A stretch of DNA of 63,353 bases, the filler included, from Choristocarpus tenellus KU-1152 (taxonomy: Eukaryota > Protista > Phaeophyceae): the NCBI GenBank assembly GCA_964200185.2. It is 11 parts of 11 records of this genome, joined end to end, with 100 filler letters (N's around TTAATTAATTAA, not from the genome) between each part and the next. Parts side by side here need not be neighbours in the genome. Positions count along the whole stretch, not along the records: positions 12,189 to 15,333 come from CAXNAD020021994.1; positions 15,434 to 18,813 come from CAXNAD020020422.1; positions 18,914 to 26,145 come from CAXNAD020006498.1; 8 more parts are not named here. One strand, written 5' to 3'. Below, in pieces: positions 13,018 to 26,245 of this stretch (positions are counted from its first letter, which is position 1; every line of letters begins with the position of its first letter). Position numbers and translations under genes: made by a program. A model generated the notes under the pieces. The model did not search any database, was not told where the DNA came from, and saw nothing but the letters and a program-made list of their open reading frames with translations.

Positions 13018-15117
13018 ATGGGAGAGCACGTTGGTGAGGGGGGTAAGGATCATCCAGACAACAACAAACTCGAGGGGAACCCTGACTTCGAGGTGTGTGT
13101 TGTTACGGCATCACCACTGTGGTCTACCGAGGTCTAGTTCTGTACTATCTCGTGGTGTAGATGATCCTTCTCAAACACTACTTTTACTCAGGCTCAATGC
13201 TCTTGAGAAGGAGGCGAAGAGTGCTTGCGCTATTCTTTCTGCCATTGGGGTCTCGATTTAGTTTCGTTCTTGTATTCCTAGCAGATCACGAACGATAGGC
13301 ACCGATTCATACACAAATCGAGATAAAGTTCTACATGGCGGTGTAGCAAGGTTTGGTACAACGCTTAACGAACCCGTCGGAAGCACGCAAGTAGTCCTTT
13401 CCTAATCATGTACACGTTCTTCAATTGTGTGATGTAGAGCTATGCTCACCATGGCAGTCCACACCCCAGATCGCAGGGAAGGATCGCAAGTGTACCGATA
13501 TCCTGTTTCTTCTCTTGCTCATAGCCAGTTGGCTTGCGCTGACCAGTCTTGGATTGATCGTCACCGGATTCATCCCAAGCACAAATCTTGAACCAGGGAA
13601 TCCCAGGCGATTGACAAATGGAATCGACTACGTCGGACGAATCTGTGGGGTTGACACAGATGTGAAGGTACTCCTCCGCTCGTATTGATACCTAGATGGT
13701 CTAATTGATACCAAATTCGATGCTGTCTAGAATGCCTGTGCACTAGGACTAACTCATCTTCTCTCCGTCCTCAACTACGAGGGGCTCTCACACTTTCATA
13801 AATGCAGTATGTTAACTTGCGATGGCATGAAGCTGAATGTGACCTCATGTACGGTCTGGTGTCGATGCAAAGAAGTGACTGCAGAGCATGTTGGATACAG
13901 CTCAACAAATGATGGAAACATCCAAAGCATATGCATATCTCTCCGAAAAGTGGAAAGTTGAAACAACTTGAGACCTTTCCAACAAAGAATAACTAATCCA
14001 TTCAACACCACTGTATGTAGTTTGCCACAAAAAATCACTGTAACTGCTGCGATCTAGTTTGGTTGCTTCTCTGGCCTTTCTTCACCCGATATGGAGCCTT
14101 CCTAGTTTGTCCATTCGCCTCCCTCTTTCTACCCCTCACTCTAACACATTTTTGTCTGCATCAACATCTCATATCACCTCCCTCCTTGCCTTTGATACAG
14201 AGCAAGTCAAAAATTTACTATTTACCGGCTACATATGGTGTGTGTGTAGAGTCCTGCCCGGCAGTGACAAACTACACACTCTTCCATTGCATAGACGAGG
14301 TGGAAACGGAGATAACTGACAACACTACAGGAGCTGTGGACGTGGCTGCAGCGTGGTCATATGTCACCGCAGGAGATTGCCTATACCACTTGCCCACTAC
14401 TGATATCCTCAATACCTGTGTGTTTGATGCCGTGATTGACCTGGCTGATGAGGCAAGTAATGCTGCTATCTCAGAAGCTATCAATGAGGCCCTCAATGGA
14501 ACAGGCGCAAATGGCACAGTTGTATCATCTGATGTCACGTCATCCAGTTGGTTAGAAGGTACAACATACGTTGGAATTTTCTACTAGTGGCACGGTCACT
14601 TATCAATATTCCCCTCACCTCTGCTTCCTGCCTTCTGGCCTTCTTGTAGATTGCTTGCACTGTGGTATTGCATTGCCCCCACTCCCCCTCTCTGTTTTTT
14701 CCCTACTCCTCCTTCGATCTTTCCTGCTCTACTTGGCAAAATATTGTTGCCATTGGAGTGAAGGACTGCTCACACTTGCCCTCCATTCATTGCACCTGTT
14801 TAACCACACTTCTATACCTTTTCTTATCTCCCTTGGATCAGACCAATTTGCTGATCTGGTCACGGCAAAGACGTATATCGCCATCTTTAGCTTGTGTGTG
14901 CCATGCATCATTGGCTTCATATACCTCTTGGTTCTACGAGTTCCAGGAGTCTTGTGGCTCGTCATTTGGGGATTGATTGGAACAGTCTTCTGCCTATTTC
15001 TGGTTGGAGGCTATGTTGTGACAAACACCTCAAAAGAATGGGCGGCGGAGGAAGTTCCTAGGACTCATAGCAGTGGAGAGATTTTTGCAGCAGAAATAAT
15101 GGGGTATGTACTGTACG
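13018..15117 (+). CDS. Choline transporter-like protein (SLC44/CTL family), 5' part, cut by contig end
   Basis: Exons 13018-13092, 13458-13667, 14201-14558, 14842-15117. Motifs NPDFE..RKCTDILFLLL, GNPRRLTNGIDYVGRICG, GVCVESCP, then successive TM helices. Confidence 0.9.
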
Positions 15118-15691
15118 GTGAGAGCTCAGCAAGGAAGATGGACTTATTATCATTGACAACATACTTGACCTTTGAGCATCACTGGTGGTGTGTGCTTGTT
15201 AATGGCTTACCCTAGTTGAATGGTTGTGTTGATTTTGATCACACTCCAAGTATTTGGCACTGAGTATGAAGTGTTGAGAATGCAGTGATGGACCAAAGTA
15301 TCTGGGGGAGGGGGGGAGGGTCTACACCAGGGTNNNNNNNNNNNNNNNNNNNNNNNNNNNNNNNNNNNNNNNNNNNNTTAATTAATTAANNNNNNNNNNN
15401 NNNNNNNNNNNNNNNNNNNNNNNNNNNNNNNNNCCTGCAGAGTGGGCGTAAAACACACACATGGATGTAATATAATTAGGGTTAAAACCATCCGCGGAAA
15501 CCCTTGCCAGCCAAGGTAACAAGCCTCTCCACGGAGCATAGACTTCGTTCGTTGAGTATCACATGAAAGAATCCTGAATTCACATCGCATCATTCTTGTC
15601 TGAGAGATCAATGACCTCAGTTACAACAGAATAAATTCATCAGTGCATTGCAGCACAATCACACCTATACATAACATAGACTACGCACATC

Positions 15692-16484
15692 ACTCATCGG
15701 TGCTTCGCAACACCATGATTCTTCATCGCTAGTGGTCTACGCATTTTGCTTACATGTACGATGCATTCGATTCAGGTTTCAATAGGTTATGAGCTTCAAC
15801 ACCTGATCGAAATTTACAACACATTTGCCCGACATTTACTTGTATTTGACCAAATACACACTAGACCAAACCCACTGTACTGCCATGGAACGGAAGCTAA
15901 CACACATATTTCCCCTGGCGATGACTTTCCCTGAACGCATTCGAACTCTGCTTCGTTAGCATCTGGCTCTGTGTGGACCCTTTGGGCCCAGCGAGTTTTG
16001 ATCCAGCGCGCTTCTCGTCTTTTCACCACTGCTACCCACCTACGTCTCCCATTGACCCTACACCCCCACTAATCACACCTATCCCTACACCATCCACCAA
16101 ACTGTCATTACCCTCCATACCATTTACCACCTCACCTTGGCTGCACAGTCCTCCCCTGGCTAATCCGTCCTGTCAAACACACCACCCGATGCCTCCACCT
16201 CACCACCAATCACAACCAAGCGCACACTCATAGTACAAGACGCTCCCACAACTGACCTCACCACAATCCCTATCCAAGACCACCACCCATCACAAATCCT
16301 GTTCAAGACCACCATAACCAACGACAGACCCTGCTCAAGACCCACTCCTACACATCACAGGACCTGCTCAAGACCCACCACAACACATATAACTCATCGG
16401 TGCTTCGCAACACCATGAATCCTCATCGCTAGTAGTCTACGCATTTTGCTTACATGTACAATGCATTCGATTCAGGTTCTAACA
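15692..16484 (+). repeat. Pair of about 90-bp direct repeats (15692-15784, 16392-16484), LTR-end-like
   Basis: Near-identical ACTCATCGGTGCTTCGCAACACCATGA...GATTCAGGTT copies 700 bp apart. The first is followed by GGTTATGAGC, resembling the copia PBS GGTTATGGGCCC. Confidence 0.6.
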
Positions 16485-16729
16485 GTGGGTGCGACGAGAG
16501 CAACAGTAAGTGCATGGTAGGCCTCTTCGGCCATCCAGATATCATTCGCACTGAAGCCATCCCAGAGAATTTCCTCGTAGGAGCGTTCTTGATTGTCTGG
16601 TCTTTCACTTGTCAACGCACCCAAGCAGTGGGTATATCTGCAATGCACGATGAAACGCCTCCGCCAATCCCGGTAGTCCGAGTCGTCCAATAGTTTCAGT
16701 GGTTGGGTTAGAAACCTAAGGTTCAACAT
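16472..16729 (-). mobile_element. Ty1/copia gag N-terminal remnant
   Basis: KLLDDSDYRDWRRRFIVHC..CLGAL resembles the copia gag 'L...NY..W...M...L' start. Truncated. Confidence 0.45.
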
Positions 16730-16960
16730 ATTGAGTTAAAGTATCTCCCAAATCATCAAGGAGGATATAGGTGATAAACTCAGCAAGATTTCTCGTTGTC
16801 TGTAGAGTGATTGATTAAAGTTAAGTGGGGCATGCGACACCCCATAAAATCAGAAATATTTCCTTATATATGAGAATTTTTCTCATGCAACTAATCACTA
16901 GTAAAAGGTTCGGATAACTCAACCACTAATTGATTGTTCCTTAAGTCCGTACATAGTTTA

Positions 16961-17742
16961 CAGTAACTGTCCGATAGAGTTGGAAGAGTCTAATCGAACA
17001 AAATGCTGCCGTGAATCAAATGCAGTTGCACCACCATGCACCCATCGCATGCACTGAGTAAAACTTATTCACTAAAAAAAAAAAATGGGACTGCCAAAAA
17101 AATCGTGGATATCCACTTGTTGTACTGCCCTTGCCCCGATTGTGTTAAGCCAAGCCAGCTTTGCTTTCCTGAGATGGTACGAAACATCGTTCATGCTACA
17201 GTCTTCGGTGGTTGTTTCTAAGCTTGCAAACTCGTCAGCTACTTGAGAGTACAGCGGTGGAGGGGAATTGAGAACACTGAAGAGGCAGCTTCTTTCCTTA
17301 TGCCCCTCAATGTGCTACCCCATCCATCATCATCCTCATCAACCGAGCTTTCATTGTCTGACTGGTACAAGGATTTCTTGAACAGCTAGTCTTTCTTGTC
17401 CTCTAGTATCACATTAGCCACTTCATCTTTGTCTTCCACACTGATCCACACTCTTGCTGTGTCGATGGAAGCCTGAGACGGATTTCGGCTAGGTTTGTGG
17501 TGCAGAGCGTCAAGAGCATCGGAGAGATCCTCATCAACATGGCCGCTCCTCATGCCGACACTCAAGCGCTGCATAATGTGCATCAGCTCATCGGTGTCCT
17601 CGACAGAGTTGTCAGCGCTGGAGGTGAACTTGTTCGAGGAAAAAATATTTTTGCCAAACTTTGAGCTCAGCTCGGATTGGACGGGGACAGGGAGGATGTT
17701 GACCTTTATTGTTATCGTGGTGCTTTGACGCCGTGTTGTCAC
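16961..17742 (-). mobile_element. pogo/Tigger-like DNA transposon 3' remnant
   Basis: Disrupted frame with WISVED, an acidic tract and terminal QQVDIHDFL (pogo-type Q..I.DFF tail). TA|CAGTAACTGTCCGATA terminus at 16959-16976. Confidence 0.5.
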
Positions 17743-18413
17743 CGGCTGGAGGACTCGAAGCCTTTACGCTTGCACAATTTGCACACTCATTTTATTTCGC
17801 TGGCGCCAAAAGGACCCATGACGCTGCAAATACCATGAAGGTAGCCGCTACAAACGCGACACTTACGGAATGTATAGTGTAGCGGACCAGGAGTATTACA
17901 CTGTATGTTGCAGATGGATCCCGCTGCACAGGGGCATCGTTATATCTGTACAATGCAGTCGTCTAAACTTGATGTGATATACTTCTAGGGACCCCAGTCT
18001 TGCCCCAGTAGAGAGGTTGCCCCTGCTTTGCGAAAGGGGGGGGAGAGGCTTGATGCAGACCCTCGTTCTGAGGATCTCCCCCGTCCCAAAGCAGGTGACT
18101 CACCATTAGATGTATAATCTGTTTGCTCATCTCGCTCCTCCATTTCATCCTCTCTGACAACTCTTAATGTAGCGACGGAAGTGAGGATAGGTTTGTTCTA
18201 GGTGAGAGGCCGTCCTTTGGTAACAAAGGAGACAGTCTGACTAATGATCCTCCCCCTGGTGAAGGGAGCGTAGGTGAGATTGCCAAGGATCTGGCTGTTG
18301 ACCCTTCCTCTGGTGATGGGGAGGGAGGTCAGGTTGACATGAGTCTGTCCAGAGACACTAACCGAGATGGCGAAGGGAGTGTAGGACATGTTTCATCCTT
18401 GAGTCCATAGCAC

Positions 18414-18813
18414 TTGCCTCAGGCAGTTGCTGACTCAACAGCTGCCCATACTGCAGCTCACCAGCTGGAAGACTTTCTTCCTAATTCAGTCCGTGAACCT
18501 TGCTTTGAGTTGGGTAGGACTAGACAGGAAACTCGTGCCAGAGCTGAAGGTAGTGCAGGTGTTGGTAATGTATTGTCCCTTATTGCTAATGTTGAGAGGC
18601 AACATGTTGCTTAGGCCTTGGCTGTACAGCCCACCCCTGAGTCAGTGTCGATGAGTACCCCTCTGTATGGTTGTCTTGTTTCTGAGTTGGAACTAGCCCC
18701 TCAATCGTATGCTGAGGCCCAAAATTTTGAATACTGGCCGGTATGGGAAGAGGCCATGCCTAAGGAATCCGATGACTTGTTGGACACAGGTACCTTCAGT
18801 GCTGCAGATGTAC
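18414..18813 (+). mobile_element. Ty1/copia pol remnant (integrase-RT linker and RT start) with in-frame stop
   Basis: APQSYAEAQNFEYWPVWEEAMPKESDDLLDTGTF matches the copia P.SY.EA....W..AM..E...L....TW motif. Confidence 0.8.
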
Positions 18814-19168
18814 NNNNNNNNNNNNNNNNNNNNNNNNNNNNNNNNNNNNNNNNNNNNTTAATTAATTAANNNNNNNNNNNNNNNNNNNNNNNNNNNNNNN
18901 NNNNNNNNNNNNNTTAAGCAGAAGCCGGCATACGAATTTCGGGGGTGGATGGGGTTCGGGCGGGGGCTCTTCCTCTCCCCCCCCAACCCACAGCCCCCCC
19001 CCCCCCCCCCCCCCCCCAGATACTTTGACCCATGTATGTCTTGATCCTCTCTGTGTGAGGAAGCTGCTTTGAATGTGGGGTGAAGGCAGGCTATGTTCGG
19101 AGAGAGAGGGAGGAGAAGAGGGAGGAGAGAATAAGAAGGAGAATAAGAAGGAGAAGGGGGAACATAAA

Positions 19169-19241
19169 GGGTTAGGGTTAGGTTTTGGATTGCACCCGTA
19201 CAACGAGGGGGCTTTAGGGTTAGGGTTAGGGTTAGGGTTAG
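19169..19241 (+). repeat. Interstitial telomere-like (TTAGGG)n
   Basis: Two short TTAGGG runs, the longer of about 4-5 units. Confidence 0.85.
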
Positions 19242-19844
19242 CGAGAACATAAAGATTACACCATATTTTTTATTTTAACCGACAGTGCATCCCACTACTT
19301 TTTTATTTGTTTGTAGCGAAAACTTATTCACGCTCCTTCTACTGCTCACTTCGCCTCTTTGGCTACCAACTCCCTCCCTCTCTCCCTCTGCCACGCATTG
19401 CCAATGAAATTTGTTGGTGTCTTGGTGTCTTGTACAGGCTGCAGGGATTACTATTCTGGAAGGAAGTCCTCCGGGAACTAGTGCATGGGCTGGGGATGCC
19501 CATGGTCAGAGACAAGACTCTGGGGATGTTCATTAGGGATGTGCTGTTGGGAAAAGATGGCCTTGGCCAGGCGCCGCTGAGGGTGTGTGGTGAATGGCTT
19601 GTGAATTAATTGTGATGGACAGACTTATCTTGTGCTTGACCCCCCATAATGTGATGAACTTAAGTGTTGTCTGGAGAAATTGCATCCAAGTATATTATTA
19701 TTATTGTTGATAATAATATTAGTAGCATTATTAGTAATATTTTTATAATTTTAGTTTAAGAATAGTAAAATCGATTTTCCGAGGGTTTTTTGTAGAGATA
19801 AGAGGCTTGATATACCTTTCAGAGCTACCTTTTGGTTAGTTCTT

Positions 19845-19941
19845 TGATGAATAGAATTGATGCATAGAATGGATGCATAGAATTGATGCATAGAATTGAT
19901 GAATAGAATTGATGAATAGAATTGATGCATAGAATGGATGC
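19845..19941 (+). repeat. 13-bp minisatellite (ATAGAATTGATGC-like), about 7 copies
   Basis: Tandem units are directly visible. Confidence 0.9.
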
Positions 19942-22900
19942 GCTATCATATATTTTTCGGATAACAGGTGGAAGCTACTGTCCTGTAGTGTGATGTGATG
20001 GAGAGAGAATTCGTTCGTACATCAATTACATGGCAATCAACTGGACCGGGCACATACTTTTAACTTTTTAATTTTTAATTTTTAATTTTTCACAGCTGCA
20101 AGCACTCTTTTTCAATTTTCTAATCCAATGTTCACAGTCTTTTTTTTTGCAGGCACAGTCGAACCCCCCCCCCCCCCCCCCCCTCCTCCCCCACCTCTAC
20201 TGCTTTCTTTTTTTTTTTCACTCACTAAAAATAATTTTAATTANNNNNNNNNNATTCCCTTTTTTTTTTTTTCTCACTCCTTTTTTCCGTTTTTTTTTTT
20301 TTTTGTTTCTTTTATTCCCCCCCCCCCCCCCCCCTACAGTTTATTTTCTGCTTGTTCAATACTTACAAAGAAAAAAATGATTCTGGTTTTGTAGAGATGT
20401 ATCCCTTTTTTTTTTGTAACAGCCTCTTTTTGTTTTTGTTTTTGTAATGAACTAGCTGTTTTTGTAGCTGTTTGTGATGAACTAACTGTTTGTAATTGTT
20501 TGTAATGAACTAACTGTCAGGATGGTTGGGTGGAACTCCGAAAGGAGTATGCTACCTATCTTGAGAATGGACACCTTTACCTCCTTCGTACTGATGTCTT
20601 CCTCCCTCCGGAGTCCTCTTATGGTATAGAGGTGTGTGCAATTGGTTGGAGTCGGTTAAGAGGTCTGTTAATAACAATAATAGTTTTTTTAGACCTGGTG
20701 TTGTATGGTAGATAGTGCTTATAGTCCCTTCAGGTGATTTTGTTGTCTATGCTGTCGTGGTTGCTCTCCCTTGTTTCAATTGTCGGGTGTACCTGTATTT
20801 GTACCTCCAATCTTGGAACTATTTTTTCGTTGCTGTATTGATATTACTATGCTCATGCCTGAAATCAAGGTAAACCCCCTTTAGGAGGGTGGGGGTGTAT
20901 TGTTATCCAAGAGTGTCTTTTCACAATTCTCAAAGCGCATGCACTATGAGGCAGTCATTTATTGCCCTCTAACTTCTTTGATAACTTCTATCTCATCAAT
21001 ACCCCGTTCTTTGATGTCACATCACTCATGGTTGCAAAAGTATTGTTGGCGTTGCTGTTACTATCATCTCCTGACTGGGGGACCATCAAGTCCCTCTTTG
21101 GGGCATGTATCTAACCCTCCAGTGTACTAGTATGATGGGTATGGTGGTTGATGATTGATATGGTGTTCACTGTGTTCACATGCTGATGTCACTCTCTACT
21201 CCAGATGGTTTGTGTTCTTGCACCTGTGCCCCTTGTATGTTGTGGTTACCACTCTTGACTGAACCAACCTCTGATACTGGGGCACCACCCTAGTCTCCTT
21301 TGATGTAGTTAGCCAATAACGTGACAGCGGTTCTCTCTCGCCTTTGTGAATTAGTTGGAATTAGTTGGAATTAGTGTATAATTTGTTTGAAATTAGCTTG
21401 AAATATTAAGAACAAACTATAATTATGGTGACCTACCTCATTGAACATTACCATTATACCACTCCAAAGTACACACACCCTTCTTCAGCTCGTCCCTGTA
21501 TTATAAATCTGACCAGTGGCACGTATAGCATATGAGCGGCACTCACTATGGATGTACTACGCCATACGCTGAAACCACTTGCACTTGACAAAACAGGTCT
21601 AATCTTGATGACCCTTGTAGTTTAGCCCTTACTGTTGCCTACATGGCGGATCGCTTGTCCCCGGGTATGTTTTTTTTTGTCTTGTTCATAACTAGATCGG
21701 CTTACCTCGCATGAGTGTTGTTTTGCCCACTGGTGCAACTATTGTTGTTCTTTTTATTATTTCTTTTGATTTATTCATTGCTTATTTTTATTTATTTATT
21801 GATTATTTCTTTTGATTACACGCGTGATAGGCAGAGGGAACGGAGGTACCTCTTCATGGCGCTTCGGTGATGGTAGGCTCGTGGGAGATCTCCACAAGTA
21901 AGGGAGAGAGACTGACCTTGGAGGTGCGTTGTTGTGTGCATGAAAGGGGTATGTACACTAGGATGTTGGCTTGTGCACATGTTGTTATTACTGGAAGGAA
22001 GGCTTTGTTGTGTTGAAGCTTTGCTTTCCATTGGTGGGTAGGTGTAGAGGTTGTCTACCTAGTGCCATGTCGAACCACGGTTCTTTTTTTGTTTTTGTTT
22101 TTTGTTTTTATGTATGTATGGTTCTTTTTTGTTTATTTTGGTTTTATGTACGTACAGTTAAGTGTGGAGTATTCTTCGTCTTTAAAACGGTGGTGGGTTA
22201 TTGTAGTGTGGTCTTGACATTTGACATCAACGTTTGGTTTAGTAGTTTGATCGTCAGGGGCAGACCTGTCGCCTTTGGTGTTGATAGCAACTTTCTCCTA
22301 GTCTATTGAGTTGCTATTAATATGATGTAATGCCATTCCATCTCTCTGTTGGCTGGGTAGATGTCCTGATCGCTATCCCCTGCCCCCCTCCCCCTACTCA
22401 CACATGCAGGAGGCTGCCTCACACAAGCGGGGGCGCCTTCCAGGATTGTCAACTCCCCCCTTTCAGACAATGGAGGAGTTTGCGACTGGGGTGATGAGCT
22501 ACATGGTGGCTGTTCCTGATACGGAGGAGGCCCGACTGACTGTTCAGGTTTGAGATTAGAGAGGGGGACAGGATGTGGTGACATGATGAGTTCAGCTGGC
22601 GAGATGATTTTACAGTATTTGCATTGGGTGATACAGGACGGAGGCGTTAGTCGGTCGACTTCCTTTTGTCATGACTGTGTGCGCTAGGTTTGCCAGTGTT
22701 GTGCAATGTGCCGCTAGCAATATGGTGGTATTAATTGTTTGAATTTTGGTAAATTGTTGTTGTTACCCCCCTTGAAATTTTATTATTATTATTACTATTA
22801 TTATTATTATTATTATTATTCATTCATGCTAAAGGCGATCGTGGATGATGTCATCATGTTTTGGAGAAGAGGATAAATAACATGCAGTAGTGACACACAA

Positions 22901-25900
22901 TGTTGGTGGAGTGTGGTTTGGAAGCTAATCTGTACTGAACTTTAGGGTTAGGGTGTGCTGCGTTTGTTGATGATATGCTACTTGGTTGTGTCAAATCTGT
23001 GCCTGTACACAGTAGAAGTAGGTCCCTACTCTCCCTACTCTCAGCATTGTGGGTGGGTGGGTGTTTTGTACCACTCTAATTTTATTCTTAATGGTTTTTT
23101 TTTAGTAGAGATAACTCCAGAGTACTAACACAGAAGAAATGGTTTTAGTGCAATAGGGCTCTTCAGTATCGATACTGTTTACTTCCTCTGTTAAAGCAGG
23201 CCATGCATACTGCTTTGACTAATGCTAAAGAGATGAAAAAGTGTATGCTTTTAGTCCCCATGTGTATTGCATTCCATTGAGACCTGCACAACTTGTCTGA
23301 GGTGCTTCCAAGGGTAGTGTGCTGTTGTGTACCCTTCTACTGGTGGATTAAAAAAGCAGTGGGTCATTGTTTGAAGTAGACTTGCAGTCTCATGGGTGGC
23401 ATGATGGTACTACGTAAGACAACAGATCTTCACACGGTATTATCAAATTTGTTATACCTTGAGGTAAATATCATCGCACCGGACCACTTTGTCAACCTCT
23501 GATTTCTCAGTTGGTGGACGTTGGTAATTTCCTGGACTAGGTGGAAGTCTGTCCCCAACATGAGGCTCTAATTTGGAGGCTGGTGTGCCCCAATGTTATT
23601 ACAAACGATGTACTGATTTGGTTTTCTATTTGCTACTGCTGTAGAAGTGCTCTCGGAATGAGAGGTGCTTTGAACCTCTCTACTAGTAGCACCTTGGTTA
23701 TATTTCAACATCGCCTTACATAGTACTATGTACTATTTCAAGATCGGCTCCCACAAGTGCCTTTTCTGTAGTGTGTCTGCACATGCATCCCACAAAGAAA
23801 TCACTATCGTGACCTGTCTCCCCTGTCATACTCAAGTTTGAAGCAGTCCTCATACCTACCGGGACCCCCCCCCATCGTATTACCTATCCTCCTCCCCTGT
23901 TCTCCTTGTACATATGAAGCCTGGTGATAAGGCCAAGGTCCGTGCCTGGAATACAGTGGACCCACGGCTACGGAGAGGGCTTCCACTTGTGTCCACACCA
24001 AAGGGTGAAGAGTTTTGTCCAGGGGAAACTGGGGCGTGGATGGTGACTATCACCTTGACGTACAAGGGCTACAAGGGGGGAAGGGCAGCAATGGTGACTG
24101 CGGCAGATGCTTTGTCGACTGTAGGGGTTGGAGTGGAAGAGGTGGCAACAGCAGGAGGAAGAAGAGAAGGAAATCCCGAGGAGGGGGGAGGAAGGGGAGA
24201 TAGTGATAGTGATAGTGGAGGGGCTGGGGAGGGGGGGGGGGATGAGGCTGCCTGTTTGCTGGTGAGGATGTAGTGGGGGTAGGCACAAGGTTGTAGCTAG
24301 CTTTTGGGTGGACTTTGTTGCCATGCCGTATGATACTTGGTATGTGTTTTGAGGTTGCAGGGATGGACACATAGATGTGGTGGCAACTGTACTACAACTG
24401 CTGGTACTGAATAATACCATGTAGTAATAAGTAAAATAATAATAATTTATGTCTGTGGAGACAATTTGTTTGCATTTGCTTTTCCTACTGGTTGTGTTAG
24501 GGTCATGTCTCTTGTACTTGTGTAGACTTGATAGGTACATGAGACCACCTGCGGAAGAGTTTGCTGTTAAGTGAGTTGCACGCCACAAATCAGTGGCATA
24601 AGAAAGAACGTTTATAGTAATTCATTTACTTCAAACTTCAAAGTTCACGATGCGTTTTTAAGAAAGTAGTGCATGTAAATCCACTTGCTACACTTTCTTT
24701 GATCGCCAAAGATTTCCAACTTAAATATCCTACTCTTAGTAAATAGTATGTATGTTCTTCCAACAAGAAAACGGAAACATCAACAACAATAGTGATAGTA
24801 GAGGGATTGCATCGGAGAGAAGATTTCGCAATCTCTGTGGTTCGATCTATATATTTTTTGTAGCACAATTTATTTTCTTTTTTTGTTGGTGGCTTTAAAT
24901 TTAAATAAGTGACTTCCATTTTGGCTCAGGATCTTCAGCGCGGCTCTCTCCTTCCAATCAATTGTACTCTTTTCATTTTTGGTTGTTCCACAGTCCGTCA
25001 TCACTGAAGGGCAGAAGCAGTGAGCTTCACACTCAGGTCCAGTTCAATGTTATTGTAGACGAGAAAGTCTTTTCCTTGTTCCGATCTTTTTATTTCTGGA
25101 GGCAAGAAGACCAAACCGGGAAAAAAAAAAAAGCTCTACAAGTAGGTAACAAATTTAAATGCTTTTGTACGAGAATTCTAATTTGGGTGTTTGGGCAGGC
25201 TAATTCATGATTCGGGTTATGACAACTGTTGTGCAGAAACTGAGACAACATGTATCAGATTGCGCTTCAAAATACCAAAATCTCGTTCTTAGGTCTGAAT
25301 TTTTCACATTTGTACTTCATGGTAAGTAGTTTGGGTATTACTAATTTGACACCAGGGGAAATTGACGTATCAGATCATTTTGTGGAGTGATTGATGATTT
25401 GTGATTGAGCGGCGAGGAGGGTACTGCTGTTGTACAATGACCAACTGACATAAATATAACTGCTCCACAAAAATATTCAAATAATATTGTAGTAGTAATA
25501 AAGTGCAAGACTTGCGCCCAGTATTTTTTGAAAAAAATAATTTATGTTATCTTTCATGCCGATTCCTCAAAGAACAAGCATGAAATGATACACTTTTATA
25601 ATAATTGTCCAAACCTTCTTGTGAGATGGTCTATGATACACTACATCGGATATGTAGGTGGTACATAAAATATATCATTGTGGTATTTGAAGCAGGAGGA
25701 TGTGTTCATTTTGCAACACCTACTACCTCCACAATCTTGGCAGGCGTTAGTCCTTCCCATTCCCAACACATGTACATATTTTTGTTCAAATTTATTTTGG
25801 TGCTTGTGGAGGGCACCGCTACGATTTGGAAGCGACCTCGACCAAGCCAAGGACAGACGGGCCCCACCGGGGGGGAGCCGGTAACGGTTTTGGTATTCTT

Positions 25901-26245
25901 CTATGTATGGTACACTACAGATTGTATTATACAATACATACGTCTTCTTCTACTAGTTATAAATATTTATTCAAGGGTGATGTGGTTTGTACAAGTAAGG
26001 GATAGATAGGTCACGTCCACCAAGAAAACTAACCAAGTCGACAAAGAAGAATGAACAGATGTTTTACTCTATACATACATGAAAAGCTTGTACTTCGTGC
26101 ATATATTTTGTTTTAATGGCTGTTATTATCGTGTAATTCTGGCACNNNNNNNNNNNNNNNNNNNNNNNNNNNNNNNNNNNNNNNNNNNNTTAATTAATTA
26201 ANNNNNNNNNNNNNNNNNNNNNNNNNNNNNNNNNNNNNNNNNNNN

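Noticed and set aside
20128-20394. Poly-Pro/Phe ORFs around a 10-N gap
   Set aside because: Homopolymer-rich, low-quality sequence.
23804-24588. Overlapping Gly-rich and Pro/Ser-rich ORFs
   Set aside because: Low-complexity purine-rich tract with no domain or consistent splice model.
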